DNA of 64,000 bases from Anaerolineales bacterium. GTDB taxonomy: Bacteria; Chloroflexota; Anaerolineae; Anaerolineales; UBA6668. Within the stretch, counting starts at the first letter, position 1. Each line of letters starts with the position of its first letter. Shown here piece by piece: positions 17,343 through 26,332 of this stretch. The DNA lies in assembly GCA_020630805.1 (NCBI GenBank), contig JAHDIM010000001.1:5887-69886 (forward strand). Direction: 5' to 3'. Made by a program: the position numbers and the translations under genes. A model generated the notes under the pieces. The model worked only from the letters and a program-made list of their open reading frames with translations, was not told where the DNA came from and searched no databases.

Positions 17343-18917
17343 CTATTCAACCGGTTCTTGCTTCAAGATGGCATGCACTGGCAATGAGAATGAGAACGTG
17401 CTTCCTTTGCCAACTTCAGACTCAACCCAAACCTCACCTTCGTGGGCTTCAATAATTGATTTTACAATTGCCAAGCCAAGACCATGTCCTTCGGCATTTT
17501 TGCCACCAGCTTTGAGCTTTGTGAACTTTTCGAACAGTTTGTTCTGTTGTTCTTTCGGGATACCAGGACCAGTGTCTTTGACGTGGACCAGCACCTTGTC
17601 GCCCTTACTCTCGGCTTCAATGGTCACTAAGCCGCCAGATGGGGTGAACTTGAGCGCATTCCCAACCAAGTTGTTTAGCGCGAGCTCAAGACGCATATCA
17701 GCACCGAAGACCAATGGTAGTTCGCCATGAATTTCTGAGGTCAAGTTGACTTCTTTCTGGCTCGCAATTGGTCGATTTTGTTCCATGACTGACCGAATGA
17801 CAGGTGGAATTTCAGTCACTTCAAATTCAGCGCTAATGCCCATTTCAATGCGGCCGATGTCCAAAATATTTTCAATCAGGCTGCGCATGCGTTCCACAGA
17901 GTTAATAATCTGCACAACGTATTCTTTTTCTTCAGGGTTTAGCTTTGGAACTTCGTTGAGTAGCCAACCATAGCCATAGATGACGCCGAGCGGGGCCTTC
18001 AAGTCGTGTGCGACTTGGGAGACAAACTCGTTTTTCATCTCATCCAAATGCTTAAACGTGGAGATGTCATGCATGCTTAGCACTTTCCCAACGTTTGGCA
18101 ACTGCACTAACGCGCAGTCGAAGACACGACCGTCATTTAGCTCAATTTCGCGCGTAATCTGTTCTTCATCGCCAAAGGCTTGGAAGAAGTTCAAGATCGC
18201 TGGCTCTGTGACGGAATAGTTGATTGGATTGCCAACTGCGTCACTAGGGATAGAAAGGCTTTGTTGCGCTGGTTTGTTAGCCAGAAGCAGCCGATTGTGC
18301 AAGTCTGTGACGAGAACTGCATCGTGTCCGCCGCCGACAATTGCACGCAAAATTGAACGTTCGGCGTTTGCCTGTTGGCGCACCGTTGCATTTTCCAATT
18401 TCAGCGCCACCTGCACGCCAATCATCTCTGCCAGTGCTTGTTGACTAGCATTAAATTGGTTAGGAGTTGCGCTAATAAAGGCCAAACACGCAGGTACAGA
18501 AGTTTCTGTCACGACAGGAACGACCAGTGCGGAACGCATGAGCGGGACATCGCTACCAAGCTGTTGCCAATTCGGATCAAGCGCTGACTGCGCGACCAAT
18601 GCAGACGCTTTCGCTGTTTGCGACCAGTTCTTAAACGCACCAACGAGTTGTTGAATAGCAGTTGGAGACGGCCCAAGCATGCCAGTTTCTGTAGACCCGG
18701 TTGCTTGGAAGGTTGTCCGGACACTGCCACGGGGCGAAAACAGCAATAGTAAGCCGGTATCTGCGCCAAATAAGCGTGTCGTTTCATCCGTTACAACTTG
18801 CAATGCATCTTGTAACGAATGCTTCCCGGTAAGAGTTTTAGTAAGACGTTGAAGTGAGTCCATCTTCACGCCATCTTGTGGAGAGTTATTTTCATCAACT
18901 TTTGTTACGGTAAGCAT
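17343..18917 (-). CDS. Sensor histidine kinase with GAF-type N-terminal region (orphan, no adjacent response regulator)
   Basis: H-box FVSQVAHDLKAPL, N-box NLVGNALKF, G1 VKDTGPGIP and G2 GHGLGLAIVK. I chose the ATG at 18917 because TATAAT (18932-18927) lies 9 nt upstream. The upstream 95 aa in the track would overlap the divergent gene. Confidence 0.85.
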   Translation of the reverse strand: MLTVTKVDENNSPQDGVKMDSLQRLTKTLTGKHSLQDALQVVTDETTRLFGADTGLLLLFSPRGSVRTTFQATGSTETGMLGPSPTAIQQLVGAFKNWSQTAKASALVAQSALDPNWQQLGSDVPLMRSALVVPVVTETSVPACLAFISATPNQFNASQQALAEMIGVQVALKLENATVRQQANAERSILRAIVGGGHDAVLVTDLHNRLLLANKPAQQSLSIPSDAVGNPINYSVTEPAILNFFQAFGDEEQITREIELNDGRVFDCALVQLPNVGKVLSMHDISTFKHLDEMKNEFVSQVAHDLKAPLGVIYGYGWLLNEVPKLNPEEKEYVVQIINSVERMRSLIENILDIGRIEMGISAEFEVTEIPPVIRSVMEQNRPIASQKEVNLTSEIHGELPLVFGADMRLELALNNLVGNALKFTPSGGLVTIEAESKGDKVLVHVKDTGPGIPKEQQNKLFEKFTKLKAGGKNAEGHGLGLAIVKSIIEAHEGEVWVESEVGKGSTFSFSLPVHAILKQEPVE

Positions 18918-19036
18918 TACTCTTTTATTATAGAAAGTGAATAATGACAAATCATTGAGATTAGAAAACAGTTTGTTTAGAAAAGATTGAGCTTGCTCTT
19001 TTCTATATTTACCTGTTTTTGCCCATTCAATGCAAG

Positions 19037-19045
19037 TGCTATAAT
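19037..19045 (+). promoter_or_regulatory. Extended -10 promoter element TGcTATAAT
   Basis: Consensus TGnTATAAT lies 38 nt upstream of the ATG at 19084. Confidence 0.5.
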
Positions 19046-19083
19046 GCGAATGTAAGCCGTGAGAACGGTTTCTTAAAAGACTT

Positions 19084-19941
19084 ATGCAGCGTATCCGCGA
19101 CAATATCTTTATCGAATCGAACTTCTTTGGTGTCACAGTTGGTGCAATTGTCACGCCAAAAGGAATTCTGTGCGTCGATACGCCAACATCGCCCGTCGAC
19201 ACGCGTAAATGGCGTTTGCAGTTAGCACAACTGGAAGCGGGCTCTATACGTTATGTTATCAATACCGATCATAATCGAGATCGGATCATGGGGAATCAGT
19301 GGTGTGAGGCCCCTGTGATTGCACATACAGCCGCATATGCGCAAATTATCGCGTATCCTGAGGTGTATAAGTCACATAGCAGTCAGTCTGGCGGCGAGCA
19401 CGAATTGGTCAATGACCTTAGTGGTGTTCGAACGATTGCGCCGACACTGTCAATGCAGGGCAAAATGACGTTGGTAAAAGGGAAGGTTCATTGTGACCTT
19501 GTCCATGCCGGTGGTTCTGCCGCTGGTGCCATTTGGGTCGATGTGCCAACAAACAATACACTTTTTGTTGGGGACACATTGTTTGCCGGTCAGCATCCAT
19601 TTTTAGCAGATGCAGACATTGACAGATGGCTCGAAAACTTAACAGCGTTAACGCAGCCCAAATACAATGGGTATACAGTAGTAGCAGGGCGCAAGTCAAA
19701 ACGGTTTGAGTATTTGATTGATGAAATTGAGTACTGTATGTCTTACTTGACGTTCTTGCGGGAACAGTTGCATACGCTGGCAGACGGCCCAGTCCCTGGC
19801 TATGCAGTGAGTGACGTTGTTCGCAAATTGCTACAACGCTATCCAGTCGAAAATAACTGGATGCCACTTATGTCACGCCGGTTAACATCTGGACTTGAAC
19901 AGATGTTGGTGCGGACAATGAATTCCAAACAAAATAATTGA
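19084..19941 (+). CDS. Metallo-beta-lactamase-fold-like protein with degenerate metal motif
   Basis: 285 aa. The overall pattern resembles the MBL fold (VINTDHNRDRIMGN where HxHxDH is expected, and later DLVHAGG). The call is tentative. Confidence 0.45.
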   Translation: MQRIRDNIFIESNFFGVTVGAIVTPKGILCVDTPTSPVDTRKWRLQLAQLEAGSIRYVINTDHNRDRIMGNQWCEAPVIAHTAAYAQIIAYPEVYKSHSSQSGGEHELVNDLSGVRTIAPTLSMQGKMTLVKGKVHCDLVHAGGSAAGAIWVDVPTNNTLFVGDTLFAGQHPFLADADIDRWLENLTALTQPKYNGYTVVAGRKSKRFEYLIDEIEYCMSYLTFLREQLHTLADGPVPGYAVSDVVRKLLQRYPVENNWMPLMSRRLTSGLEQMLVRTMNSKQNN

Positions 19942-19966
19942 CCTTTGATGCTCACTATGATAGTAT
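19938..19966 (+). promoter_or_regulatory. infC operon promoter (TTGACC - 17 nt - TGaTAGTAT)
   Basis: -35 at 19938-19943 overlaps the upstream TGA stop. Extended -10 is at 19958-19966. Confidence 0.65.
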
Positions 19967-20032
19967 CTTGGGTCGCTGTTGAATGACATTTTTGTCGCCA
20001 TTTGAGCGGCAAATTTAACAAGGATTTGTAAA

Positions 20033-20599
20033 ATTAGAAGACGTAGAAGCAATGTTCAAAGACGGTCTAGCGGGCCGAAATTCAGGATAAATGAGCGTAT
20101 TCGCGTGCCTGAAGTTCGCCTCATCGGCCATGATGGTACTAACTATGATGTAGTATCGACTGATCGTGCGCGCGAGATTGCGCGTGAAGCAGGCCTAGAC
20201 CTTGTAGAAGTGTCGCCTACAGCGCGCCCGCCCGTGTGTCGGGTGCTTGATTACGGGAAATTCCTTTACGAACGTCAGAAGAAGGAAAAGGAAGCTCGTA
20301 AGCAACAAAAGCAAATAGAAATCAAGGAAGTTCGTCTCCGTCCAAAGACAACAGAGCATCATCGCAGTTTCAAAGTGCGTGATGCACGCCGTTGGCTTGA
20401 AGAAGGCAAGAAGGTCAAAGTGCGGGTGCGCTTCCGTGGTCGAGAAATTCAATACCCAGAGATCGCTCGCGAAGACATGATGGAAATCAAGGACGAGCTG
20501 GCAGATATTGCTCACGTTGAAGTCCCACCAAGTATGGAAGGACGCACAATGCTGATGATCTTAGCTCCGGGTGCGGACGAGAAAAAATCTAAATCATAA
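20033..20599 (+). CDS. infC: Translation initiation factor IF-3, probable AUU start
   Basis: VPEVRLIGHDG... is preceded in frame by RRRRSNVQRRSSGPKFRINERIR, which belongs to IF-3. There is no in-frame ATG, GTG or TTG between the stop at 20003 and GTG 20105. ATT at 20033 lies 8 nt after AAGGA (20020-20024). Confidence 0.8.
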   Translation: MRRRRSNVQRRSSGPKFRINERIRVPEVRLIGHDGTNYDVVSTDRAREIAREAGLDLVEVSPTARPPVCRVLDYGKFLYERQKKEKEARKQQKQIEIKEVRLRPKTTEHHRSFKVRDARRWLEEGKKVKVRVRFRGREIQYPEIAREDMMEIKDELADIAHVEVPPSMEGRTMLMILAPGADEKKSKS

Positions 20600-20601
20600 A
20601 A

Positions 20602-20622
20602 AGAGCCCCGTAACGGGGCTCT
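20602..20622 (+). promoter_or_regulatory. Intercistronic hairpin between infC and rpmI
   Basis: AGAGCCCCG-taa-CGGGGCTCT lies 3 nt after the infC stop. There is no U-tract. Confidence 0.5.
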
Positions 20623-20642
20623 ATTACTGGCGGGAGAATGAG

Positions 20643-20897
20643 ATGCCGCGTAAAAAGACACGAACTAAAAAATATAAGTTGAAAACGCATAAAGCAACAG
20701 CCAAGCGCTTTAAAGTGACTGGTTCTGGCAAGCTGATGCGCACCAAAATTGGTAAAGGTCACCTTCGCCGTAATACGTCAAAGCGTACTAAGGCATTGTT
20801 GGCAGAAACGCATGAAGTGCAATCAAAAGGCATCGCAAAGCGCGTTCGCCGCTTGGCACCTTACTTGCGCAAGTACAAGGCCAACCCACCTGGTTAA
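20643..20897 (+). CDS. rpmI: 50S ribosomal protein L35 (extended)
   Basis: MPRKKTRTKKYKLKTHKATAKRFKVTGSGKLMR. GGGAGA lies 6 nt upstream. At 84 aa it is longer than the usual L35. Confidence 0.88.
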   Translation: MPRKKTRTKKYKLKTHKATAKRFKVTGSGKLMRTKIGKGHLRRNTSKRTKALLAETHEVQSKGIAKRVRRLAPYLRKYKANPPG

Positions 20898-20922
20898 GTT
20901 TGGCTTTTAGGAGTTATCCAAA

Positions 20923-21270
20923 ATGACACGTGTAAAAACTGGTTTTGTACGCCGCCGCCGCCACAAAAAGATCATTAAAATGATGGAAGGGCAACATAGC
21001 ACTCGCCATCGCTTGTGGAAGCGCGCTAACGAAGCAATGCTCAAAAGCCTTTGGTATGCATATCGCGATCGCCGCCAACGCCGCCGTGACTTGCGTCGCC
21101 TTTGGAATACCCGCATCAACGCTGCTGCCCGCCAAAATGGCACTACCTACAGCCGCTTGATCCACAGCTTGAAGCAAGCAAACATCGATTTGAATCGAAA
21201 GATGCTTGCTGACCTTGCTGTACATAATCCTGAAGCGTTCGCTGCAGTTGTTCAAGCAACTGACTCATAA
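20923..21270 (+). CDS. rplT: 50S ribosomal protein L20
   Basis: [19 protein letters not shown]...[17 protein letters not shown]. An AGGAG SD is present. Confidence 0.95.
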   Translation: MTRVKTGFVRRRRHKKIIKMMEGQHSTRHRLWKRANEAMLKSLWYAYRDRRQRRRDLRRLWNTRINAAARQNGTTYSRLIHSLKQANIDLNRKMLADLAVHNPEAFAAVVQATDS

Positions 21271-21293
21271 GCGTTTACGGTTTGTATTTGATG

Positions 21294-21326
21294 AAAGAGC
21301 TGCCTATTTTTAGGTAGCTCTTTTTT
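21294..21326 (+). terminator. Intrinsic terminator after rplT
   Basis: AAGAGCTGCCT-attttt-AGGTAGCTCTT (one G-U pair) followed by TTTT. Confidence 0.8.
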
Positions 21327-21346
21327 ATTACCTGCGTTACATCAAT

Positions 21347-22123
21347 ATGAGCATCATTACTAGTCGGCAGAATTCGACAATCAAGCATATTCGTAAATTG
21401 CAGTCTAGCCGCAAGCTGCGCCGTAAGTTCCAGCAATATGTTGTGGAAGGCAAACGGTTAGTGCTTGAAGCCTTGGAGTCGACCGCGTCTTTCCATACCT
21501 TGGTTATTTGTGAAGACTACTTACAGAATGATGCTGACTTTTTAGCGCAACTTAGGAATACAGAGCACCTGAAGGTTTTTGTAACACCCGACGTGTTTGA
21601 GAGTTGTTCGGACACAGCGCATGGGCAGGGCGTACTCGCAGTGCTTGAAATAGCGTTAGAGCAGCCTGCGGCGCATCATTTTGTATTGGTTATCGATGAT
21701 GTTGCTGATCCTGGGAATTTGGGCACCATTCTGCGAACAGCGGCTGGCGCGGGTATAGATTGTGTGTATCTCTCTCAGAATAGTGTCGACTACCTAAGCC
21801 CCAAGGTTCTGCGCAGTGGCATGGGTGCCCATTTTCGGCTGCCAGTCATAGAACTGTCTTGGCCAGAGATCAAAGCCAATTTGCGGACACATGCAACCTA
21901 TATCGCTGATGTCACTAGCGGTGTTCATTATTTGGAAATGCCAGCTCAGCAAAACATGGCACTGATTGTTAGCAATGAAGCCGATGGTGCTAGTGCCGCT
22001 GCCCGAACTATTGCGACAAACGCCGTACATATTCCCATGGCAAATGCTGTGGAATCGCTAAATGTTGGAGTTGCGGCAGGTGTCTTGTTGTTACAAATGA
22101 TGCACGTGCGAAAAGGTCTTTAG
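21347..22123 (+). CDS. TrmH/SpoU-family RNA 2'-O-methyltransferase
   Basis: 258 aa. C-terminal SpoU motifs are GNLGTILRTAAG, LIVSNEADGAS and IPMANAVESLNVGVAAGVLL. Confidence 0.85.
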   Translation: MSIITSRQNSTIKHIRKLQSSRKLRRKFQQYVVEGKRLVLEALESTASFHTLVICEDYLQNDADFLAQLRNTEHLKVFVTPDVFESCSDTAHGQGVLAVLEIALEQPAAHHFVLVIDDVADPGNLGTILRTAAGAGIDCVYLSQNSVDYLSPKVLRSGMGAHFRLPVIELSWPEIKANLRTHATYIADVTSGVHYLEMPAQQNMALIVSNEADGASAAARTIATNAVHIPMANAVESLNVGVAAGVLLLQMMHVRKGL

Positions 22124-22128
22124 ACGCT

Positions 22129-22156
22129 TTGGGATCACGTCTCTTTATGATAGAAT
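22129..22156 (+). promoter_or_regulatory. rpsB promoter (TTGGGA - 16 nt - TGaTAGAAT)
   Basis: Extended -10 is at 22148-22156. It lies about 150 nt upstream of rpsB. Confidence 0.55.
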
Positions 22157-22162
22157 TTGGCC

Positions 22163-22187
22163 GGCGAGGAATACCCTCGCCAGTTTT
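22163..22187 (+). terminator. Hairpin plus U-run directly after the rpsB -10 box (trmH-family terminator and/or 5'-terminal leader hairpin)
   Basis: GGCGAGG-aatac-CCTCGCC followed by AGTTTT. Confidence 0.5.
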
Positions 22188-22308
22188 GTGTCTACATCTG
22201 TAGGCAAGTGAATAACACACTTTCTGACTGGTACGTCGTTCTAGCTGTGGCTAGTGTCTGTCTGGGTTGAGGAAAGTGAGAGAAATAAACGACGAGGAGT
22301 AATTACAT

Positions 22309-23199
22309 ATGTCTGCCGTTTCAATGAAAGCCCTCTTGGAAACGGGCGTCCACTTTGGACACCGCACCCGCAAGTGGCATCCGCGCATGAAGCCTTATAT
22401 CTTCACCGAGCGGAACAAAATCCACATCATCGACCTTCAACAAACAATTAAACAAATTGATGTTGCGTACAACTTGGTTCGCGACACTGTTGCTGGTGGT
22501 GGTACCGTTCTTTTTGTTGGTACCAAACGACAAGCCCAAGATGCAATTGCAACTGAAGCAAGTCGCGCAGGGATGCCTAACGTCACCACGCGCTGGTTAG
22601 GTGGCACCTTGACCAACTGGCGTACCATCAAAGAACGGATCTCTGAACTAGAACGCCTAGAACGTGGCCGTGACACTGGCGCTTGGGACTCATTGGTCAA
22701 GAAAGAACGCCTGATGTTGCAACGCCGCATCGACAAGTTGGAAGACCGCCTTGGCGGTATCCGCAACATGGGTGACTTGCCTTCAATGTTGTTTGTGGTT
22801 GACGTGCGCCGCGAAGAAAACGCAGTCAAAGAAGCAAACAAGCTGGGTATTCCAGTTGTTGCCATGGTGGACACCAACTGTGATCCATCAACAATCGACT
22901 GGGTTATTCCTGCTAATGACGACGCGATTCGCGCGATCAAGTTGATTGTTGGCACGATGGCAAATGCGTGTCTAGAAGGCGATGCGATGCGTAAAGACGG
23001 TGAAACTGTCCCGACCGGTGGCTCTGAAAGCACGTCTGATACCGTCTTCGCACTGGAAGATGATGATAACTTGCTTGGTGAATCGACCCTGCGTAAGCTA
23101 AGCTCAGGTGAGCTCGAATTTGAAGATGACGGTGCAACTCCAGCCGCAGATGCTGGTGAAGGTGACGCGGCAGCTTCTGACGAAAGCGCATCCGAATAA
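22309..23199 (+). CDS. rpsB: 30S ribosomal protein S2 with acidic C-terminal tail
   Basis: [41 protein letters not shown] is present. Confidence 0.96.
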   Translation: MSAVSMKALLETGVHFGHRTRKWHPRMKPYIFTERNKIHIIDLQQTIKQIDVAYNLVRDTVAGGGTVLFVGTKRQAQDAIATEASRAGMPNVTTRWLGGTLTNWRTIKERISELERLERGRDTGAWDSLVKKERLMLQRRIDKLEDRLGGIRNMGDLPSMLFVVDVRREENAVKEANKLGIPVVAMVDTNCDPSTIDWVIPANDDAIRAIKLIVGTMANACLEGDAMRKDGETVPTGGSESTSDTVFALEDDDNLLGESTLRKLSSGELEFEDDGATPAADAGEGDAAASDESASE

Positions 23200-23216
23200 A
23201 TTCAAATCCTAAAATT

Positions 23217-23240
23217 GGAGAGCTACATATGTAGCTCTCC
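23217..23240 (+). promoter_or_regulatory. Perfect 24-nt palindrome between rpsB and tsf
   Basis: GGAGAGCTACAT|ATGTAGCTCTCC. No U-tract follows. Confidence 0.6.
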
Positions 23241-23276
23241 TTCGAAAAATAAATCAAAATAAAAGGAGTACAAAAA

Positions 23277-23870
23277 ATGGCTATTACAGCTGCTGACGTA
23301 AAATCATTGCGCGAACGTACTCAGGCCGGGATGCTGGACTGCAAAAAAGCACTCGTTGCCTCAGACGGTGACATTGAAAAAGCAATTGAATGGTTGCGTG
23401 AAAAAGGTCTCTCAAAAGTTGCAAAGAAAGCAGGGCGTGACGCAAATGAAGGCGTCATTTCTTCATACGTGCACCAAGGCAGTCGCGTTGGTGTGATGGT
23501 TGAAGTCAACTGCGAAACGGACTTTGTTGCCCGTTCAGAAGACTTCCAAGCGTTTGTGCATGACCTCATGCTGCACATCACCATGGCAGATCCGCTCTAC
23601 ATGAATGTAGAAGATATTCCTGCTGAAGATTTGGATCGTGAAAAAGAACGTTTCAAGAAAATGGCAATGGATGAAGGCAAGCCAGAACATATCGCTGAAA
23701 AAATTGTTACTGGTCGTTTAGAAAAATTCTATTCGGAAACCGTATTGATGAAACAAGCGTTCATCAAAGATGAAGACATGACAGTGCTTGATCTTTTGAA
23801 TGCTACTATTTCAAAGATCGGTGAAAACATGATCATTCAACGCTTTACGCGTTACGAATTAGGCAGATAA
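23277..23870 (+). CDS. tsf: Elongation factor Ts (short form)
   Basis: [26 protein letters not shown]...[12 protein letters not shown]. An AGGAG SD is present. Confidence 0.95.
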   Translation: MAITAADVKSLRERTQAGMLDCKKALVASDGDIEKAIEWLREKGLSKVAKKAGRDANEGVISSYVHQGSRVGVMVEVNCETDFVARSEDFQAFVHDLMLHITMADPLYMNVEDIPAEDLDREKERFKKMAMDEGKPEHIAEKIVTGRLEKFYSETVLMKQAFIKDEDMTVLDLLNATISKIGENMIIQRFTRYELGR

Positions 23871-24671
<801 letters not shown>

Positions 24672-24703
24672 TACGACTGCCCAGCGGTATACAAAATAGT
24701 TTG

Positions 24704-24733
24704 GTGAAACCACATGAAATCGTGTGGTTTCAC
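24704..24733 (+). terminator. 11-bp hairpin after pyrH (weak U-tract)
   Basis: GTGAAACCACA-tgaaatcg-TGTGGTTTCAC followed by TTAAT. Confidence 0.4.
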
Positions 24734-24977
24734 TTAATGCAGACTTGCAGCGTTCATTTGTTCAGTGTATTCTAGTGACGCTGACAACGTCTGTTTTCCC
24801 TCATTTGTGGTCTCAACCCAGAGACCATGTTGACTGTCCACTAATGACGAAGAACAGGAAGCAACACACCAAAATAGTGTTGCTGGTCGACCTGTATACT
24901 TGTCAGCACTGTATATCTGTATTGAATAGAAATACGACTAGACTTTATCCCGAACGCGTTTACGTAGGAGCTATACG

Positions 24978-25535
24978 ATGGTTGAAGATGCATTAGCCGA
25001 TGCCCAAGAGCGCATGGAAGCCGCAGTGCGTGTACTCAAAGGTAATTTGACTACGATCCGCACTGGCCGCGCTACGCCAGCACTTGTTGATCGCATTACA
25101 GTTGAATATTACGGTATGCAAACACCGTTGCAACAAATTGCCGCGATTTCTGTTCCAGAACCGCGCGTGCTTGCGATTCGGCCTTTTGATCAATCAACGC
25201 TGAAAGACGTGGAACGTGCAATTTATGCATCAGACCTTGGCCTAACGCCAAGCAATGATGGCAAAATTATTCGCCTTATCCTGCCCATGCTGACAGAAGA
25301 TCGTCGTAAAGATCTGATCAAGGTCAGTGGCGGGGTGGTTGAAGATGCACGTGTTGCGGTACGTAACATTCGCCGGGATGTGCTCAATGATCTTCGTGAA
25401 ATGGAAAAAGAAAAAATGATCACTGAAGATGATTTGAGCCGCGCTCAAAAGCGCGTTCAAGACTTGACTGACAAGCACGTCGATGAAATGAACGCGATGG
25501 GTAAGCGTAAAGAAGAAGAGATCATGCAAGTTTAG
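24978..25535 (+). CDS. frr: Ribosome recycling factor
   Basis: 185 aa. RTGRATPALVDRITVEYYG. An AGGAG SD is present. Confidence 0.95.
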   Translation: MVEDALADAQERMEAAVRVLKGNLTTIRTGRATPALVDRITVEYYGMQTPLQQIAAISVPEPRVLAIRPFDQSTLKDVERAIYASDLGLTPSNDGKIIRLILPMLTEDRRKDLIKVSGGVVEDARVAVRNIRRDVLNDLREMEKEKMITEDDLSRAQKRVQDLTDKHVDEMNAMGKRKEEEIMQV

Positions 25536-25570
25536 CTGCATGAGCCGCAGAAGTAACAAGCGAGTCATCC

Positions 25571-26317
25571 TTGCACGTTAAGCAAAACTCTCAAATCGCT
25601 ACGAAAGCCAAGCCTGCCCGCACTGTTGAACATGTCGCCATTATTATGGATGGCAATGGTCGCTGGGCAAAAGAGCGTGGCTTACCGCGTTTAGCAGGTC
25701 ACCGCGCCGGAACCGATAATCTCCGTCGGATTATTGAGTCCTGCGTCGAATTAGGCATTAAACGACTGACGATTTATGCATTTTCCACTGAGAATTGGAA
25801 TCGACCAAAGCTCGAAGTTCGCGGCCTCATGCGGATTCTTGAGGATGTATTAGATAATCAACTTCAAGAACTGCACGAAAATGATGTTCAAATTCATCAT
25901 ATTGGCCGTTTAGACGGTCTCAGTGAGCGGCTAGCAAACAAAGTCCAGTCGGCCACAGATTACACGCGTAACAATACTGGCTTAGTCCTGAATGTTGCTT
26001 TCAACTACGGTGGACGTGACGAAATTGTGCACGCCGTGAAGCGCATTGTTGCCGAAGGGTACAATCCAGAAGATATTACAGAAGAAACGATTAATCGTTA
26101 TCTGTTTACGGCTGGACAACCTGACCCAGATCTTATTATCCGGACGAGTGGCGAAATTCGTGTTAGCAACTTCCTAATTTGGCAAGGTGCGTACAGCGAG
26201 TGGCACTTCACGTCTCTCTACTGGCCTGAGTTTGGTCCAGAAGAACTCCGCAAAGCTTTAGATCAATTCCAAAAACGCGAACGCCGTTTTGGCATGATTT
26301 CAGAGCAGGTGTCCTAA
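25571..26317 (+). CDS. uppS: Undecaprenyl-diphosphate synthase (cis-isoprenyl transferase)
   Basis: HVAIIMDGNGRWAKERGLPR, FSTENWNRP and DLIIRTSGEIRVSNFLIWQ. TTG start as in the track. Confidence 0.92.
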   Translation: MHVKQNSQIATKAKPARTVEHVAIIMDGNGRWAKERGLPRLAGHRAGTDNLRRIIESCVELGIKRLTIYAFSTENWNRPKLEVRGLMRILEDVLDNQLQELHENDVQIHHIGRLDGLSERLANKVQSATDYTRNNTGLVLNVAFNYGGRDEIVHAVKRIVAEGYNPEDITEETINRYLFTAGQPDPDLIIRTSGEIRVSNFLIWQGAYSEWHFTSLYWPEFGPEELRKALDQFQKRERRFGMISEQVS

Positions 26318-26332
26318 CCACACCCGTTCGTT

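Noticed and set aside
19050-19055. ATG-TAA minimal ORF 4 nt after the TGcTATAAT box at 19037..19045.
   Set aside because: A start codon directly followed by a stop is probably coincidental. Nothing in the sequence supports a function.
18918-19202. 95-aa N-terminal extension of the histidine kinase ORF.
   Set aside because: It would overlap the divergent gene and its TGcTATAAT promoter. The ATG at 18917 has its own TATAAT 9 nt upstream, and the extension has no domain-like sequence.
20105-20107. GTG at 20105 as the infC start (ORF track).
   Set aside because: It would remove the conserved RINERIR segment that is encoded in frame upstream. An AUU start at 20033 with an AAGGA SD fits better.
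22437-23033. 198-aa minus-strand ORF inside rpsB. Similar long antisense ORFs occur inside the MFS gene (51189..51791) and hisF/hisA (10717..11180).
   Set aside because: The opposite strand encodes unmistakable conserved proteins. The antisense frames are open only because of codon bias.
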